From positions 80,299 to 144,298 of the forward strand of contig JAIETW010000001.1 in assembly GCA_019744845.1 (NCBI GenBank): a DNA stretch of 64,000 nucleotides, written 5' to 3'. The stretch comes from Patescibacteria group bacterium (GTDB taxonomy: Bacteria > Patescibacteriota > Minisyncoccia > Phycocordibacterales > Phycocordibacteraceae). Positions 28,402-40,659 of the stretch are shown piece after piece. A program made the position numbers and the translations under genes. The notes beneath the pieces were generated by a model. That model did not search any database, was not told the origin of the DNA, and saw only the letters and a program-made list of their open reading frames with translations. Numbering within the stretch: the first letter of the stretch is position 1; every line of letters begins with the position of its first letter.

Positions 28402-29610
28402 TTAGTAAAGGTTTGCCTCCCGCATCAACTGGGAGAGGGCGAGGGCCTCAATCCAATACGCACTCGCGTCAGGACCATACTGATCTACTGACTGCGCGAA
28501 GAACGCTTCCTGGGTCATGATATGGAAAAGGTCGTATCCCATTACTTCATAGCTTCCGTGCACAGCTACAAAGGCTTCCTTGTTTGGATAGAGCGCAAGA
28601 AAGGCCTCTGCGACTCCAAGGACACGGCGTGGACCAGCGTTGTATGAGCCTACCGTCATCGGCACCAAGACATATCTCACAAACGCCTCATGGCCTTCGG
28701 GAGTATCAGGGAAATACTGTTCCTCAATTTGTCGAGCGACTGCACTATTTCTGAGAGTGGTGTAATGCTCAGAAAAGAGGTCCCCCATGAATGCCACCTG
28801 ATACCTGAAGTACGTCATTTGGTCAGGCGTATATCCATGACTGGCAATCGTATTTGGCATTCCTTGCACTGCCCTTCCTGCACCTACTCCTGAACTCGCT
28901 AGATTGTCATATGTAGATTCAACCCCAATCATAGCGGGAGCAAATAGAGCAAGCTCTTCTCGCACAATGGCTTGATCCTCGCCCACGACGATAGTGTCGC
29001 CTACGTACCGGTGTACGTACTGAATACGATTCAGTCCGTCACCTTTTTGGTTTGCCCCTTCACCTGGAACAGGTAGTACACGCTGAGTACCGTTTCTACG
29101 CACTAAATCAAGGTACGTCACCCCATCCGGCTCTCCTTGGAGATGCGCGATAACGTTAAGCTGACGTGGAATGCTCCGTGTCGTATCACAAAAGAGTTCT
29201 CCACCTTCGCACATTTCTTCACGCTGCCTATCAAGCCATGTTTGTGCAATCCTGAAGCGACCATTCTCTGTGGCTTCAAGTTCAGCTCTACGAGGTCCTC
29301 CCACCGCTGCACCGTACTCGTCTATAAAAAGAACTTGGTCCTTTTGCAGTGCGCCGTACAGAGTGCGGTAAGAACTCGCCGCACTCTCCGTACGTTCAGA
29401 GCCACGATGTGCACGAAGATCTTCCTGGCCCCCAAAGGCACGTTCATGTTGCTGTGGCTCTACGTTCCGAGTTGCATGCTGTGCAAAGTTAAGTCCTGCA
29501 AAGATTGAAAGAATGGCTCCTGCTTTCCACGCAACACCACGAGCACGCTTCTCGTCTTCCTTACGTTTCTGTGCTCTGTAAGCTTCAGCGTTGTGTCTTC
29601 CTCTTGGCAT
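28402..29610 (-). CDS. Membrane-anchored or exported protein with SLT-like lytic transglycosylase domain
   Basis: Basic N-terminus + TM; AMIGVES, ASSGVGAGRAVQGMPNT, SYNAG motifs. Confidence 0.6.
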   Translation of the reverse strand: MPRGRHNAEAYRAQKRKEDEKRARGVAWKAGAILSIFAGLNFAQHATRNVEPQQHERAFGGQEDLRAHRGSERTESAASSYRTLYGALQKDQVLFIDEYGAAVGGPRRAELEATENGRFRIAQTWLDRQREEMCEGGELFCDTTRSIPRQLNVIAHLQGEPDGVTYLDLVRRNGTQRVLPVPGEGANQKGDGLNRIQYVHRYVGDTIVVGEDQAIVREELALFAPAMIGVESTYDNLASSGVGAGRAVQGMPNTIASHGYTPDQMTYFRYQVAFMGDLFSEHYTTLRNSAVARQIEEQYFPDTPEGHEAFVRYVLVPMTVGSYNAGPRRVLGVAEAFLALYPNKEAFVAVHGSYEVMGYDLFHIMTQEAFFAQSVDQYGPDASAYWIEALALSQLMREANLY

Positions 29611-29632
29611 CTTGGAAAAAGTCTACCACCTC

Positions 29633-30730
29633 CTAGGAGTGCAAGAACACCATCACATCACCATCCTGAACCACATAGGTTTTCCCCTCAGTACGAATAT
29701 CCCCTTTATCTCGTGCGGCGCTCCATGACCCATCCGCGAGCAACACATCCCACCCAACTGTTTCCGCGCGAATAAACTTGTCTTTAAAGTCGTTGTGAAT
29801 CGCTGCTCCTGCCTCAGGTGCGGTCGCACCCTTAGAAATAGTCCACGCACGAGTCTCCTTGGGGCCTGTCGTAAAGAAGGTAATCAAACCAAGCGTCTCG
29901 TATGCCTTACGAATGAGATCCACAAGTCCATCTACTTGTACGCCAAGCTCCTGACGGAACATATCCTTATCTCCTTCCGCCACATCGTTCAATTCATGCT
30001 CAGTGCGTGCATCTACGTGCACAAAGGACCCTCCAAGTGACTCTACGAGTTCGTATGCCTTATCTGCACGTCCATCTCCTGTCTCTCCAAGATTATGCCC
30101 TCCTGCTTTTCCGTTAAAGGCATAGAGAATAGGTTTGAGCGTCAAAAGGTTCAAATGCTTCACGAGCTTTGCTTCCTCAGGAGTAAGGTCAGCAGTACGT
30201 GCAAGTGCACCTGCTTCAAGTGCCTGATGTACTTTCGCGAGCGCTGCGTCCTCAGCTTGTGCTTCCTTAAGACCTGCACGAAGATCGCGGGTAAGCTTCT
30301 CACGACGCTTTGACACTGCATCACGATCCGCGAGTGCAAGCTCAAGGTTAATGACTTCAATATCTCGGACTGGATCAATCTCCCCATGCACGTGGGTAAT
30401 ATCAGGATCTTCGAAGAAACGCACCATCTGAAGAATCGCGTCCACTTCGCGAATATGTGAAAGGAACTGGTTTCCAAGCCCTTCACCTTCTGAAGCTCCC
30501 TTTACAAGGCCTGCAATATCTACGAATTCAATGGCTGCCGGCACCACCTTCTCGGACTCAGACAGTGCAGCAAGCTTATCAAGACGTGCGTCAGGCACGC
30601 CCACCACTCCTACTGAAGGATCAATGGTACAGAAGGGGTAGTTCTCCGCGGGAACTGCGGCCTTAGTAAGAGCGTTAAAAAGCGTTGATTTACCAACGTT
30701 GGGGAGACCGACGATTCCAATCTTTAGCAT
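29633..30730 (-). CDS. ychF: Redox-regulated ATPase YchF
   Basis: GLPNVGKST, NYPFCTI, DIAGLV, GEGLGN. Confidence 0.97.
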   Translation of the reverse strand: MLKIGIVGLPNVGKSTLFNALTKAAVPAENYPFCTIDPSVGVVGVPDARLDKLAALSESEKVVPAAIEFVDIAGLVKGASEGEGLGNQFLSHIREVDAILQMVRFFEDPDITHVHGEIDPVRDIEVINLELALADRDAVSKRREKLTRDLRAGLKEAQAEDAALAKVHQALEAGALARTADLTPEEAKLVKHLNLLTLKPILYAFNGKAGGHNLGETGDGRADKAYELVESLGGSFVHVDARTEHELNDVAEGDKDMFRQELGVQVDGLVDLIRKAYETLGLITFFTTGPKETRAWTISKGATAPEAGAAIHNDFKDKFIRAETVGWDVLLADGSWSAARDKGDIRTEGKTYVVQDGDVMVFLHS

Positions 30731-30767
30731 GGACGTACCTTAACGGACAGAATGAATAAACGCAAAG

Positions 30768-31097
30768 TTAGGAGTGGAGAATGATACCTATTGAAATAAA
30801 TCCTTGGAGTACAAACCATCCAATATTCATGTAAAAGATAACGCGGTTTTTATGCACATACCCGTACGTAATCCAAAATAGAGAAAAGATAGTCCAGAGA
30901 CCCCAGGTCGCGAGGGAGACGCCCACGACATTTTGGTGTACCCACACTTCGTACGCCTGAGGAAGAGCCATGAGAAGACTGGCTGCACCAATAGGATAGA
31001 TGACAATATCAATAAATCGCGCGAGCCTACTTTCGTTCAACGGGAGACCCTTCTCCTTATGCTTTCGTTTGTGGTGATGGCTCGTTGCAACGTGCAT
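30768..31097 (-). CDS. SemiSWEET/PQ-loop small transporter
   Basis: ALPQ motif, GVSL.TW, WITYG, three TM helices. Confidence 0.75.
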   Translation of the reverse strand: MHVATSHHHKRKHKEKGLPLNESRLARFIDIVIYPIGAASLLMALPQAYEVWVHQNVVGVSLATWGLWTIFSLFWITYGYVHKNRVIFYMNIGWFVLQGFISIGIILHS

Positions 31098-31098
31098 A

Positions 31099-31689
31099 TT
31101 ATTTCGCCTTCACTGCAAGTGCGGCGAGCTTCGCATCCCACTTCGCCACCTGTGCAGGAGTAAGACTTTCGCTGTTTCCTATCTTCGTGACATGCGTTTT
31201 AAAACCGGCAAATCCAAGTGTGCCGTGCACCAGCTCATTCATATAGTCGCCAAATGCGATGTACTCAAGAAAGGGCGGCGCATTAAGAAGCGTGACGACG
31301 CGTGCAGAGCGTCCCTTCAAAAGACGATCCCATCCAAGCTGCCGCTTCCCGCTCTTGCTCTTGTGATACCGGAAGGCAAACCCCGGAAGCCAAATGCGAT
31401 CAATAAGACCTTTAAGAAGCGCGGGCATTGAAAGCCACCAGAGTGGGTAGATAAGTACGAAATGAGTAGACCACTTCATATCCTCTTGGAGTTTCAAAAG
31501 ATCAGGTTCAAGTGCTTGGATTGCTCGGTATCCTTTGTGAAGAATGGGATCAAACTGAAGCTCTCCAAGATTTGTACGACGCACCTCATGTCCTGCATCA
31601 CGCGCACTCTTTTCATACACATCAGCAAAATGTGAGGAAAGAGTCTCCGAATTCGGATGTCCAAGAAGGATGAGTATGTTCTTTTTCAT
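31099..31689 (-). CDS. NAD(P)H-dependent oxidoreductase (flavodoxin-2/MdaB-like)
   Basis: LGHP...S, YPLWW..MPALLKGLIDR..PGFAF. Confidence 0.9.
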   Translation of the reverse strand: MKKNILILLGHPNSETLSSHFADVYEKSARDAGHEVRRTNLGELQFDPILHKGYRAIQALEPDLLKLQEDMKWSTHFVLIYPLWWLSMPALLKGLIDRIWLPGFAFRYHKSKSGKRQLGWDRLLKGRSARVVTLLNAPPFLEYIAFGDYMNELVHGTLGFAGFKTHVTKIGNSESLTPAQVAKWDAKLAALAVKAK

Positions 31690-32207
31690 GCGCGAGAGCG
31701 TTCTTCACGATCCTTAAGAATAGTGCGCACGTAATGAAAGATGCCTGCCACCACAAGCGTCAAAATCACGTAGAGCAGGAGAAGTCCCATATAGCTAAGC
31801 GGTATATCTCTCCAGGTATGAAGTGCGAGCATCATCCACCATGCAGTGAATGCCGCTGAGGATCCAAGCCACCATGGCACCTGACTGCGTGAGATGAGAA
31901 GCCCACACACAATCACCAGGATCGTAAGCGTCTGGATGACCCAGAACGAAGGAGTAAGCACCGTTTGCACGGCGTTTGGAATGTAGTACTCAACAGTAAT
32001 GAGGGCCACGCCAGAGAGTACGGTGATCATCACTCCCCAACGAAGTGCCCAGAGCGTATGAAGAATATGTTTCTTCTCGCACGTATCAATCTTCCCATCA
32101 ACCACTGCACGCGTATAAAACATCTCCGCAAAGGTCACTCCTGCAGCCCCCAGTGCGGCACCGAGCGCGTGAACCGTAAGAAGTGCCTCTGCGATAAGTG
32201 GCAACAT
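31686..32207 (-). CDS. Hypothetical membrane protein
   Basis: Five hydrophobic segments; overlaps the start of the next gene (ATGA). Confidence 0.7.
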   Translation of the reverse strand: MLPLIAEALLTVHALGAALGAAGVTFAEMFYTRAVVDGKIDTCEKKHILHTLWALRWGVMITVLSGVALITVEYYIPNAVQTVLTPSFWVIQTLTILVIVCGLLISRSQVPWWLGSSAAFTAWWMMLALHTWRDIPLSYMGLLLLYVILTLVVAGIFHYVRTILKDREERSRA

Positions 32208-32208
32208 G

Positions 32209-32436
32209 CTACATCAAGGCCGAAAGTTCATTTCGGTACTTCTTCATAACTTCCATCGTCGCTTTCATCTGACTTTCGCCTCCCTTTTTGGTGCGACGTT
32301 CAATTTCATCCCCGATCTTTTTCATCAATTCAGGATCCTTCTCAATGAATTGAATAATCTGATCCTGCTGTGCCTGGGGCACACCCTTCATCTTTGCTTT
32401 TGCGACCTGGCGCAGCAAAAAACCTTTAATACTCAT
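32209..32436 (-). CDS. Small helical hypothetical protein
   Basis: KGVPQAQQDQII..IEKDPELMKKI; TACTAT 7 nt upstream of ATG. Confidence 0.65.
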   Translation of the reverse strand: MSIKGFLLRQVAKAKMKGVPQAQQDQIIQFIEKDPELMKKIGDEIERRTKKGGESQMKATMEVMKKYRNELSALM

Positions 32437-32478
32437 ACGCACTATAGTATCACATTGAGAAAATGCGCTCTGTGTGGA

Positions 32479-32898
32479 CTACCGAATGGTAGGAGCGTCG
32501 CGCATTAAGATGCCACGAAGCGTCTTCACTCCCGAATAAAGTGCCACCATAAACATGAGTGCAAGTGTGCCGATCAAGATACCGTCAGGAAAAAGTGCCT
32601 GCTGAGTCTGGAACCGAGAGAGGGCGAGACCGCCAAAGAGAATAAGACAGAATGCAGAGATAAAGATGTTGACCCAGTGAATCCATACTTGAACCGGGTT
32701 CGTAAGGCCTGCGGCAACCACGAGGAACATCACCATCATGATGGAACCGAATGAAGAGAACGGAAGACGAATGCCCGTGAATTGCATGGTGAAGAGGATC
32801 ACCGCTGCAACAACAAACAGAATACGCACTAAGTCACCGTAATAGTGCTTCGGACCAATGTGAGGCGCTGCAGTACGGAATGGAATGTCTTCGCTCAT
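32479..32898 (-). CDS. Hypothetical membrane protein
   Basis: HYYGDLVR followed by four TM helices. Confidence 0.7.
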   Translation of the reverse strand: MSEDIPFRTAAPHIGPKHYYGDLVRILFVVAAVILFTMQFTGIRLPFSSFGSIMMVMFLVVAAGLTNPVQVWIHWVNIFISAFCLILFGGLALSRFQTQQALFPDGILIGTLALMFMVALYSGVKTLRGILMRDAPTIR

Positions 32899-32947
32899 AT
32901 CTCTTTAGTATCCCACGTAACCTCGTCTTTCGCGCGTCTACTGTGGA

Positions 32948-33195
32948 TTACAGCAGTACCGTTGCTTGTCCTCCAGAGATTTCTGCAACTCCCCCATCGT
33001 GAATCGGCACGTGATGCTTCTCTCCGTTCACAGCTTCAATGCGTGCTTCTCCTTCCTTAAGTTCACTCACAAACGGCTCATGTCCTGCAAGCACCGTGAA
33101 CACTCCTTCGGAACCCGGAAGAGTAACCGAGACTGCTTCACCATCGAAGATGTTCTCTCCGACGCGTGCAACCGTAAGATGAAAGGTCTTAGTCA

Positions 33196-33196
<1 letters not shown>
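32948..33196 (-). CDS. atpC: F1 ATP synthase epsilon, N-terminal domain only
   Basis: VTLPGSEG.FTVLAGHEP, GGVAEI; last gene of the atp operon. Confidence 0.9.
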
Positions 33197-35497
<2,301 letters not shown>

Positions 35498-35505
35498 GGT
35501 AGTGT

Positions 35506-37059
35506 TTAGGCGCCCTTGTTGATCTCTACGAACTTCTGAAGTGCGGAACGGAGTTCCTTCTCTAGATCTTCGGTAATCTCCTTCTTCTCACGAATACCGG
35601 AAAGTACATTCTTTGCTTCGCGAAGGAAGTACTCCTGCATCTTCTTCTCCATAGCACTGGTTTCGTCAGGAGTGAAGGCATCGAAGTATCCGTTTACTGC
35701 TGCGAAGATAATCGCAGACTGCATCTCAAATGGAAGTGGCTGGCCATTGGTCTGTTTAAGCACCTCTGTCATACGGCGTCCACCATCAATACGCTTCTTG
35801 GTGTCCTCATCAAGATCTGAAGAGAACTGCATAAAGGCCTCAAGCTCACGGAACTGCGCAAGCTCAAGTTTAATCTTTCCAGACACCTTCTTCATCGCCT
35901 TGGTCTGTGCGGCAGAACCCACGCGAGACACCGAGTTACCCGTATCAATCGCAGGACGCATACCCTTGTTAAAGAGATCGGAGAGCAAGAACATCTGACC
36001 ATCAGTGATAGAAATCACGTTGGTTGGAATGTAGGCAGAGATGTCTCCTTCCTGCGTTTCAATAATAGGAAGCGCAGTGAGTGATCCTCCTCCCTTTTCC
36101 TTAGAAAGCTTTGCCGCACGCTCAAGCAAACGGGAGTGCAAGTAGAAGATGTCTCCTGGATATGCTTCGCGACCTGGAGGACGGCGAAGAAGAAGCGACA
36201 TCTGGCGATATGCCACTGCCTGCTTTGAAAGGTCGTCATAAATTACCAGCGCATCACGACCTGAATCCATGAAGTGTTCGCCAATTGCTGCTCCTGCAAA
36301 CGGAGCAAGGAATTGAAGTGCGGCTGGTGCTGACGCAGGAGCCGTCACGACAACGGTGTACTCCATGGCACCAAGCTCTGCGAGCTGCGCCACAATCTTT
36401 GCAGTCTTTGATTCCTTCTGACCGATCGCCACGTAAATACAGATAGGACGTGACTCTTCAGGCTCTGATTTCTGGTTCAAGATCGCATCAATCGCAACGG
36501 TGGTCTTACCCACACCGCGGTCACCGATGATGAGCTCGCGCTGACCACGGCCAATTGGGATCATGGAGTCTATTGCCTTAATACCGGTGTGAAGAGGCAC
36601 GTTCACAGGCGCACGATCCATCACGCCATATGCTTCGCGCTCAATTGGTACGAACTTCGTTGCCTTGGTAGGACCTTTGCCGTCCACTGCATCACCAAGA
36701 GGATTCACGACGCGTCCCACCAATGAATCGCCGACGGGGATGGAAAGAAGTCGGCCGAGACGGCGTACCAGCATGCCTTCATACACTCGGGAGGCATCAC
36801 CGAGAATTGCAGCACGGACACCATCTTCTTCAAGGTTCAAGATAAGACCGTACACGGGGTCGGCGTCCTTGAGTGCATCTTCAAGACTACGATCAAACGT
36901 AGGATCAAAGAGCACCATTTCAGTCATAACTGCCTTATCAAGGCCGTCAATCTCTGCAATACCGTCACCGGTTGCGCGTACGATGCCAGTCTCTTCTGCC
37001 CCTGTTGCGGGCGCGAAGTCGGCGATCTCCTTCTCAATTCTCTTGATGATGCTGTCCAT
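35506..37059 (-). CDS. atpA: F1 ATP synthase alpha
   Basis: GRGQRELIIGDRGVGKT, RRPPGREAYPGD. Confidence 0.98.
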   Translation of the reverse strand: MDSIIKRIEKEIADFAPATGAEETGIVRATGDGIAEIDGLDKAVMTEMVLFDPTFDRSLEDALKDADPVYGLILNLEEDGVRAAILGDASRVYEGMLVRRLGRLLSIPVGDSLVGRVVNPLGDAVDGKGPTKATKFVPIEREAYGVMDRAPVNVPLHTGIKAIDSMIPIGRGQRELIIGDRGVGKTTVAIDAILNQKSEPEESRPICIYVAIGQKESKTAKIVAQLAELGAMEYTVVVTAPASAPAALQFLAPFAGAAIGEHFMDSGRDALVIYDDLSKQAVAYRQMSLLLRRPPGREAYPGDIFYLHSRLLERAAKLSKEKGGGSLTALPIIETQEGDISAYIPTNVISITDGQMFLLSDLFNKGMRPAIDTGNSVSRVGSAAQTKAMKKVSGKIKLELAQFRELEAFMQFSSDLDEDTKKRIDGGRRMTEVLKQTNGQPLPFEMQSAIIFAAVNGYFDAFTPDETSAMEKKMQEYFLREAKNVLSGIREKKEITEDLEKELRSALQKFVEINKGA

Positions 37060-37083
37060 AGTGCTTGTAAAAGTAGTAATAAG

Positions 37084-37452
37084 TTAGACCTTCACGACAC
37101 GCTGGTAGATGTCGGTGAGGGCACGCTTTCCTGACTGATCCACGAGTACGCCCTTGGAACGTCCTCGCCATCCTGAAAGGAGGGATTCATTCACAATTGC
37201 TTTGTCTGCAGTAATTCCGTGAGTCGCCGCTGCAGAAAGTGCCTTCGCAGCATCTTCCTTACGCGCGACCTCTACGGTTGCACCGGTAACAGTGTTGCGG
37301 ATCTGTGCAACCTTAAGTGAGCGAAGAATTGCAGGAAGAAGTTTGACGCGGCCACGAGCCTTAAGATGCGTCATGAGATTTTTCATGAGCGCGTCCTCCT
37401 TCACTCCCTGAGAGAGAAGTCGTTCAAGTGCGGATGCGTATACTTTCTCCAT
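37084..37452 (-). CDS. atpH: F1 ATP synthase delta (short, divergent)
   Basis: Located between atpF and atpA; YASAL, GRVKLLPAI, NESLLSG...VDQS. Confidence 0.8.
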   Translation of the reverse strand: MEKVYASALERLLSQGVKEDALMKNLMTHLKARGRVKLLPAILRSLKVAQIRNTVTGATVEVARKEDAAKALSAAATHGITADKAIVNESLLSGWRGRSKGVLVDQSGKRALTDIYQRVVKV

Positions 37453-37454
37453 AG

Positions 37455-37901
37455 TTATTTCTTCTCACCCACTACCTTGGCAGCCGCGAGGACCGCAAGA
37501 CGTGCAATTTCCTTTTCACTATCACGAAGTGCCTTAGCGGCTGCTTCCTTGGCACGTGCGTCCGCATCACGAGCGATGCTTTCTGCACGAGCTTCTGCTT
37601 CCTTCACAATGCGAGTCTTCTCGGCGTTTGCCGTCTCACGTGCAGACGCCACTACTTCAGATGCCTTAGAGTCTGCACCGGCTACAATCTCTGCAGCTTC
37701 AGTGTCAGCCCCTGCAAGCTTCTCCGCAGCACGTTCCGCATCATGTACACCCTGAGCAATCTTCTTAGCGCGCTCATCAAGCGTCTTCATGACCGGCTTA
37801 TAGAGAAGAAGCCAGAGTGCGACAAAGAGTATGCCGAAGTTCACCGCCTGAGCGATGAGGAGCCTCCAATCTATGCCGAATGCGTGAAGAAGCGCGTCCA
37901 T
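37455..37901 (-). CDS. atpF: Fo ATP synthase subunit b
   Basis: AQAVNFGIL..L..LLYKP..LDER followed by a coiled coil. Confidence 0.95.
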   Translation of the reverse strand: MDALLHAFGIDWRLLIAQAVNFGILFVALWLLLYKPVMKTLDERAKKIAQGVHDAERAAEKLAGADTEAAEIVAGADSKASEVVASARETANAEKTRIVKEAEARAESIARDADARAKEAAAKALRDSEKEIARLAVLAAAKVVGEKK

Positions 37902-37911
37902 AGAAGGTTAC

Positions 37912-38160
<249 letters not shown>

Positions 38161-38198
38161 TTATAATTGCTCCATCCCGGAGCCGCATGGAGAAAAGG

Positions 38199-38981
38199 CT
38201 AGTGCGCCTCGTCCCCGTGCGGTTCCATGATTGCAAGCTTGATGAAGAACAGCGTCAACATGGCGAACACCACGGCTTGAATGAATCCGACGAATACCTC
38301 AAAGGCAATCAACGGAATCGGAGCCAGGTATGCCACGAAGAACATTGCCACGATAATCATGACCTCTCCTGCGAACACGTTTCCGAAGAGACGGAAGGAG
38401 AAGGAGATCAAACGACCGACGTTTGATACGAGCTCAATCAAGCCCACGGCGAAATCCACCGGTGACCTGAAGTTAACATATTTCCCTGCGTACTTGAAAA
38501 AACCAAGCACCGTCGCACCGGTAATTTCAATCGTAAGAAAGGAAATAAAGGCCAGTGCAAGAGTCATGTTTAAGTCTGCAGACGGTGGACGGAGGAAAGG
38601 AATGTCGTTAAAAAGAATAGAACCAACACCTGGAAGAAATGCGAGCTCGTTTGCAACCAATACAAAAAGGAAGATGGTCATGATGAGCGGGAAGAACTTG
38701 CGGGCGAGCTTCTCGCTCTCAAGGGTCTCGGCCATGTAGTCAAGAACGCCCTGGAAGAGCATCTCAATACCTGCCTGAAGCTTCCCCGGCACCATCGCAA
38801 TCTGACGGCGGAAGAGGATGGCAAAGACAATCATGAGCGCCATAACCATCCAGGTCATGATGAGTGAGTTCGTGATTGGGAACCCCCAGACAGAGAAAAG
38901 CTCCTCTGCCTTAAGGACTACGTGAATACCGCTGCCATGCTCAGCAGCAGCTTGTCCCGCATGTTCCGGTGCGCTTGCCAT
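38199..38981 (-). CDS. atpB: Fo ATP synthase subunit a
   Basis: PPSADLN.TLAL, SFSFRLFGNVFAGE, FIQA.VF..LT. Confidence 0.96.
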   Translation of the reverse strand: MASAPEHAGQAAAEHGSGIHVVLKAEELFSVWGFPITNSLIMTWMVMALMIVFAILFRRQIAMVPGKLQAGIEMLFQGVLDYMAETLESEKLARKFFPLIMTIFLFVLVANELAFLPGVGSILFNDIPFLRPPSADLNMTLALAFISFLTIEITGATVLGFFKYAGKYVNFRSPVDFAVGLIELVSNVGRLISFSFRLFGNVFAGEVMIIVAMFFVAYLAPIPLIAFEVFVGFIQAVVFAMLTLFFIKLAIMEPHGDEAH

Positions 38982-38987
38982 ATGTAC

Positions 38988-39021
38988 AAAAAGACCCCAC
39001 GTGGGTTATGGGGTCATACTA
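38988..39021 (-). terminator. Terminator hairpin abutting a candidate atp promoter -10
   Basis: Minus strand TGC-TAGTAT-GACCCCA(N9)TGGGGTC-TTTTT; the U-tract ends 6 nt before atpB ATG. Confidence 0.55.
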
Positions 39022-39062
39022 GCAAGGGACTCCTGATACCGCTAGGGTGTGGAAAGCCTCCT

Positions 39063-39833
39063 CTATACCGAAGCTACAGACCATCCTAGACGTCCCACGA
39101 CCCTCTCGGCAATTGACTGAAGATGATTGTAATGTGGTGCCATTTTGATCTTTGTAAATAAAAAGTGAGCAACCTTTACCTTGTCATATTTAATTGGTGA
39201 GCGTGCCATCAAGTCGTGTACGAGATCTTCATACCGTGATGAAGAGGTATCATTTTCACCCACTCCAAGGGCGAGGGTGTAGAGCATAAGCTGCGCAACT
39301 TCAAGTTCCTTACCGAACTCACCGAGCTTCAAGTCAAAATCAATGTGAACCACTCCCTTGTCCGCATCAATCAAAATATTGTCCGGCCAACGATCGCCGT
39401 AGACGATTCCTTGTGAATGCGCATTCGCCAGATCCATGAATAACTCCTGTATACGAGGAGTCGCTTCCTCCAAAGAAGCCTTTCGCAGAAAGAGCGTCAT
39501 CGTTTCCGAGTTCTCAAGGTATGGAAATACAACACTTCCATCCTCAAGTAGAGCAGGTTCAAGTACTCTGAGTTGTTTTTGAAAGGCATCTTTACCAAAC
39601 TGCACACGTTCTTCCGTAGTGCGAGGGGCCATCTGATCTACTTCGTATCCCCACTGACTACAGTTAAATTCTATGACTTCTCTCGTCTGATCCTTATCCT
39701 GGAGTACTTCCCGAAGCATCAGCACACCATCGGGAGCACGCCACACATAGAGATTCTTAAGCTTGCCACTAAGCGTATGGCGCGGCTCTGGTGTATGTCC
39801 TGGCAGAAGTTTCTCTGGGTTTACGTCCGACAT
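39063..39833 (-). CDS. Protein-kinase-like fold phosphotransferase (APH/Kdo/RIO-like)
   Basis: HSQGIVYGDRWPDNILI and HIDFD motifs; start set at MSDVN. Confidence 0.7.
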   Translation of the reverse strand: MSDVNPEKLLPGHTPEPRHTLSGKLKNLYVWRAPDGVLMLREVLQDKDQTREVIEFNCSQWGYEVDQMAPRTTEERVQFGKDAFQKQLRVLEPALLEDGSVVFPYLENSETMTLFLRKASLEEATPRIQELFMDLANAHSQGIVYGDRWPDNILIDADKGVVHIDFDLKLGEFGKELEVAQLMLYTLALGVGENDTSSSRYEDLVHDLMARSPIKYDKVKVAHFLFTKIKMAPHYNHLQSIAERVVGRLGWSVASV

Positions 39834-39858
39834 TAGAGATAACTGTATACTATTCCTT

Positions 39859-40659
39859 ATGGAATTAACAACGCGCGCAGCGATAGATATTGCGACCGAG
39901 GCAGGCCGAATGCTCAAAGAGATGGGGTATGTTCCCCATGATTCTTCACGGAAAGAAGCTCTTGTGCATGCCGATATCGTCACGGCCCACGATATTGCCA
40001 TAGAGACTTATATTCTGAATGAGATTCGTACCCGATTCCCTACGCACGCCATCTTGTCGGAAGAAACACAGAGTACGACCGACCCTAAGACTTCTCCTCA
40101 TGTATGGATTGTGGATCCCATAGACGGAACTATTTCCTTTGCCAGCGGACTTCCGTTGTACTCAGTCTCCATTTCGTATTTTGAGAATCAGAAACCAAGG
40201 TCATCCGCCCTCTATCTCGCGTCCACCAATGAAGTGCTCTGGTGTGAGACTGGCGGTGGTGCATACGTGGGAGATACAAACATTCACGTGCGGGATCTCC
40301 CTCCAGAAGAAGCAGTTATCGCTCTAGATCATGGAGTAAGAACCAGAGAAATAACCATGAAGGAACTTGCACCCAATATTTCTCTCGGGATTCGCGCACT
40401 TCTTATGACACCTGGAGAAGCGGGCAATATTGGTCTTGTGGCACGAGGAAATATCCAAGGACTCCTTTGCTCCCATCCTCAAGTTTGGGACTTCGCCGCA
40501 GGCATGCACATTGCGCTTGAGGCAGGCGCCGTCGTCACCGACTATGCAGGAAATGCATACGATGACTGGTTCGCACGAAAGGGACACATCATCTGCACAA
40601 AGAGTGTGCTTCCCTATCTTCTCTCACACACAAAGAAGGTCGCGCATCACTACACTTAG
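39859..40659 (+). CDS. Inositol monophosphatase family protein
   Basis: DIVTAHD, ILSEE, WIVDPIDGT..F, WDFAAG...EAGA. Confidence 0.93.
   Translation: MELTTRAAIDIATEAGRMLKEMGYVPHDSSRKEALVHADIVTAHDIAIETYILNEIRTRFPTHAILSEETQSTTDPKTSPHVWIVDPIDGTISFASGLPLYSVSISYFENQKPRSSALYLASTNEVLWCETGGGAYVGDTNIHVRDLPPEEAVIALDHGVRTREITMKELAPNISLGIRALLMTPGEAGNIGLVARGNIQGLLCSHPQVWDFAAGMHIALEAGAVVTDYAGNAYDDWFARKGHIICTKSVLPYLLSHTKKVAHHYT

Noticed and set aside
39022-39062. attR duplicate of the tRNA-Ala(GGC) 3' end bounding the enzyme trio
   Set aside because: Only a 5-nt TCCAC match; not significant.
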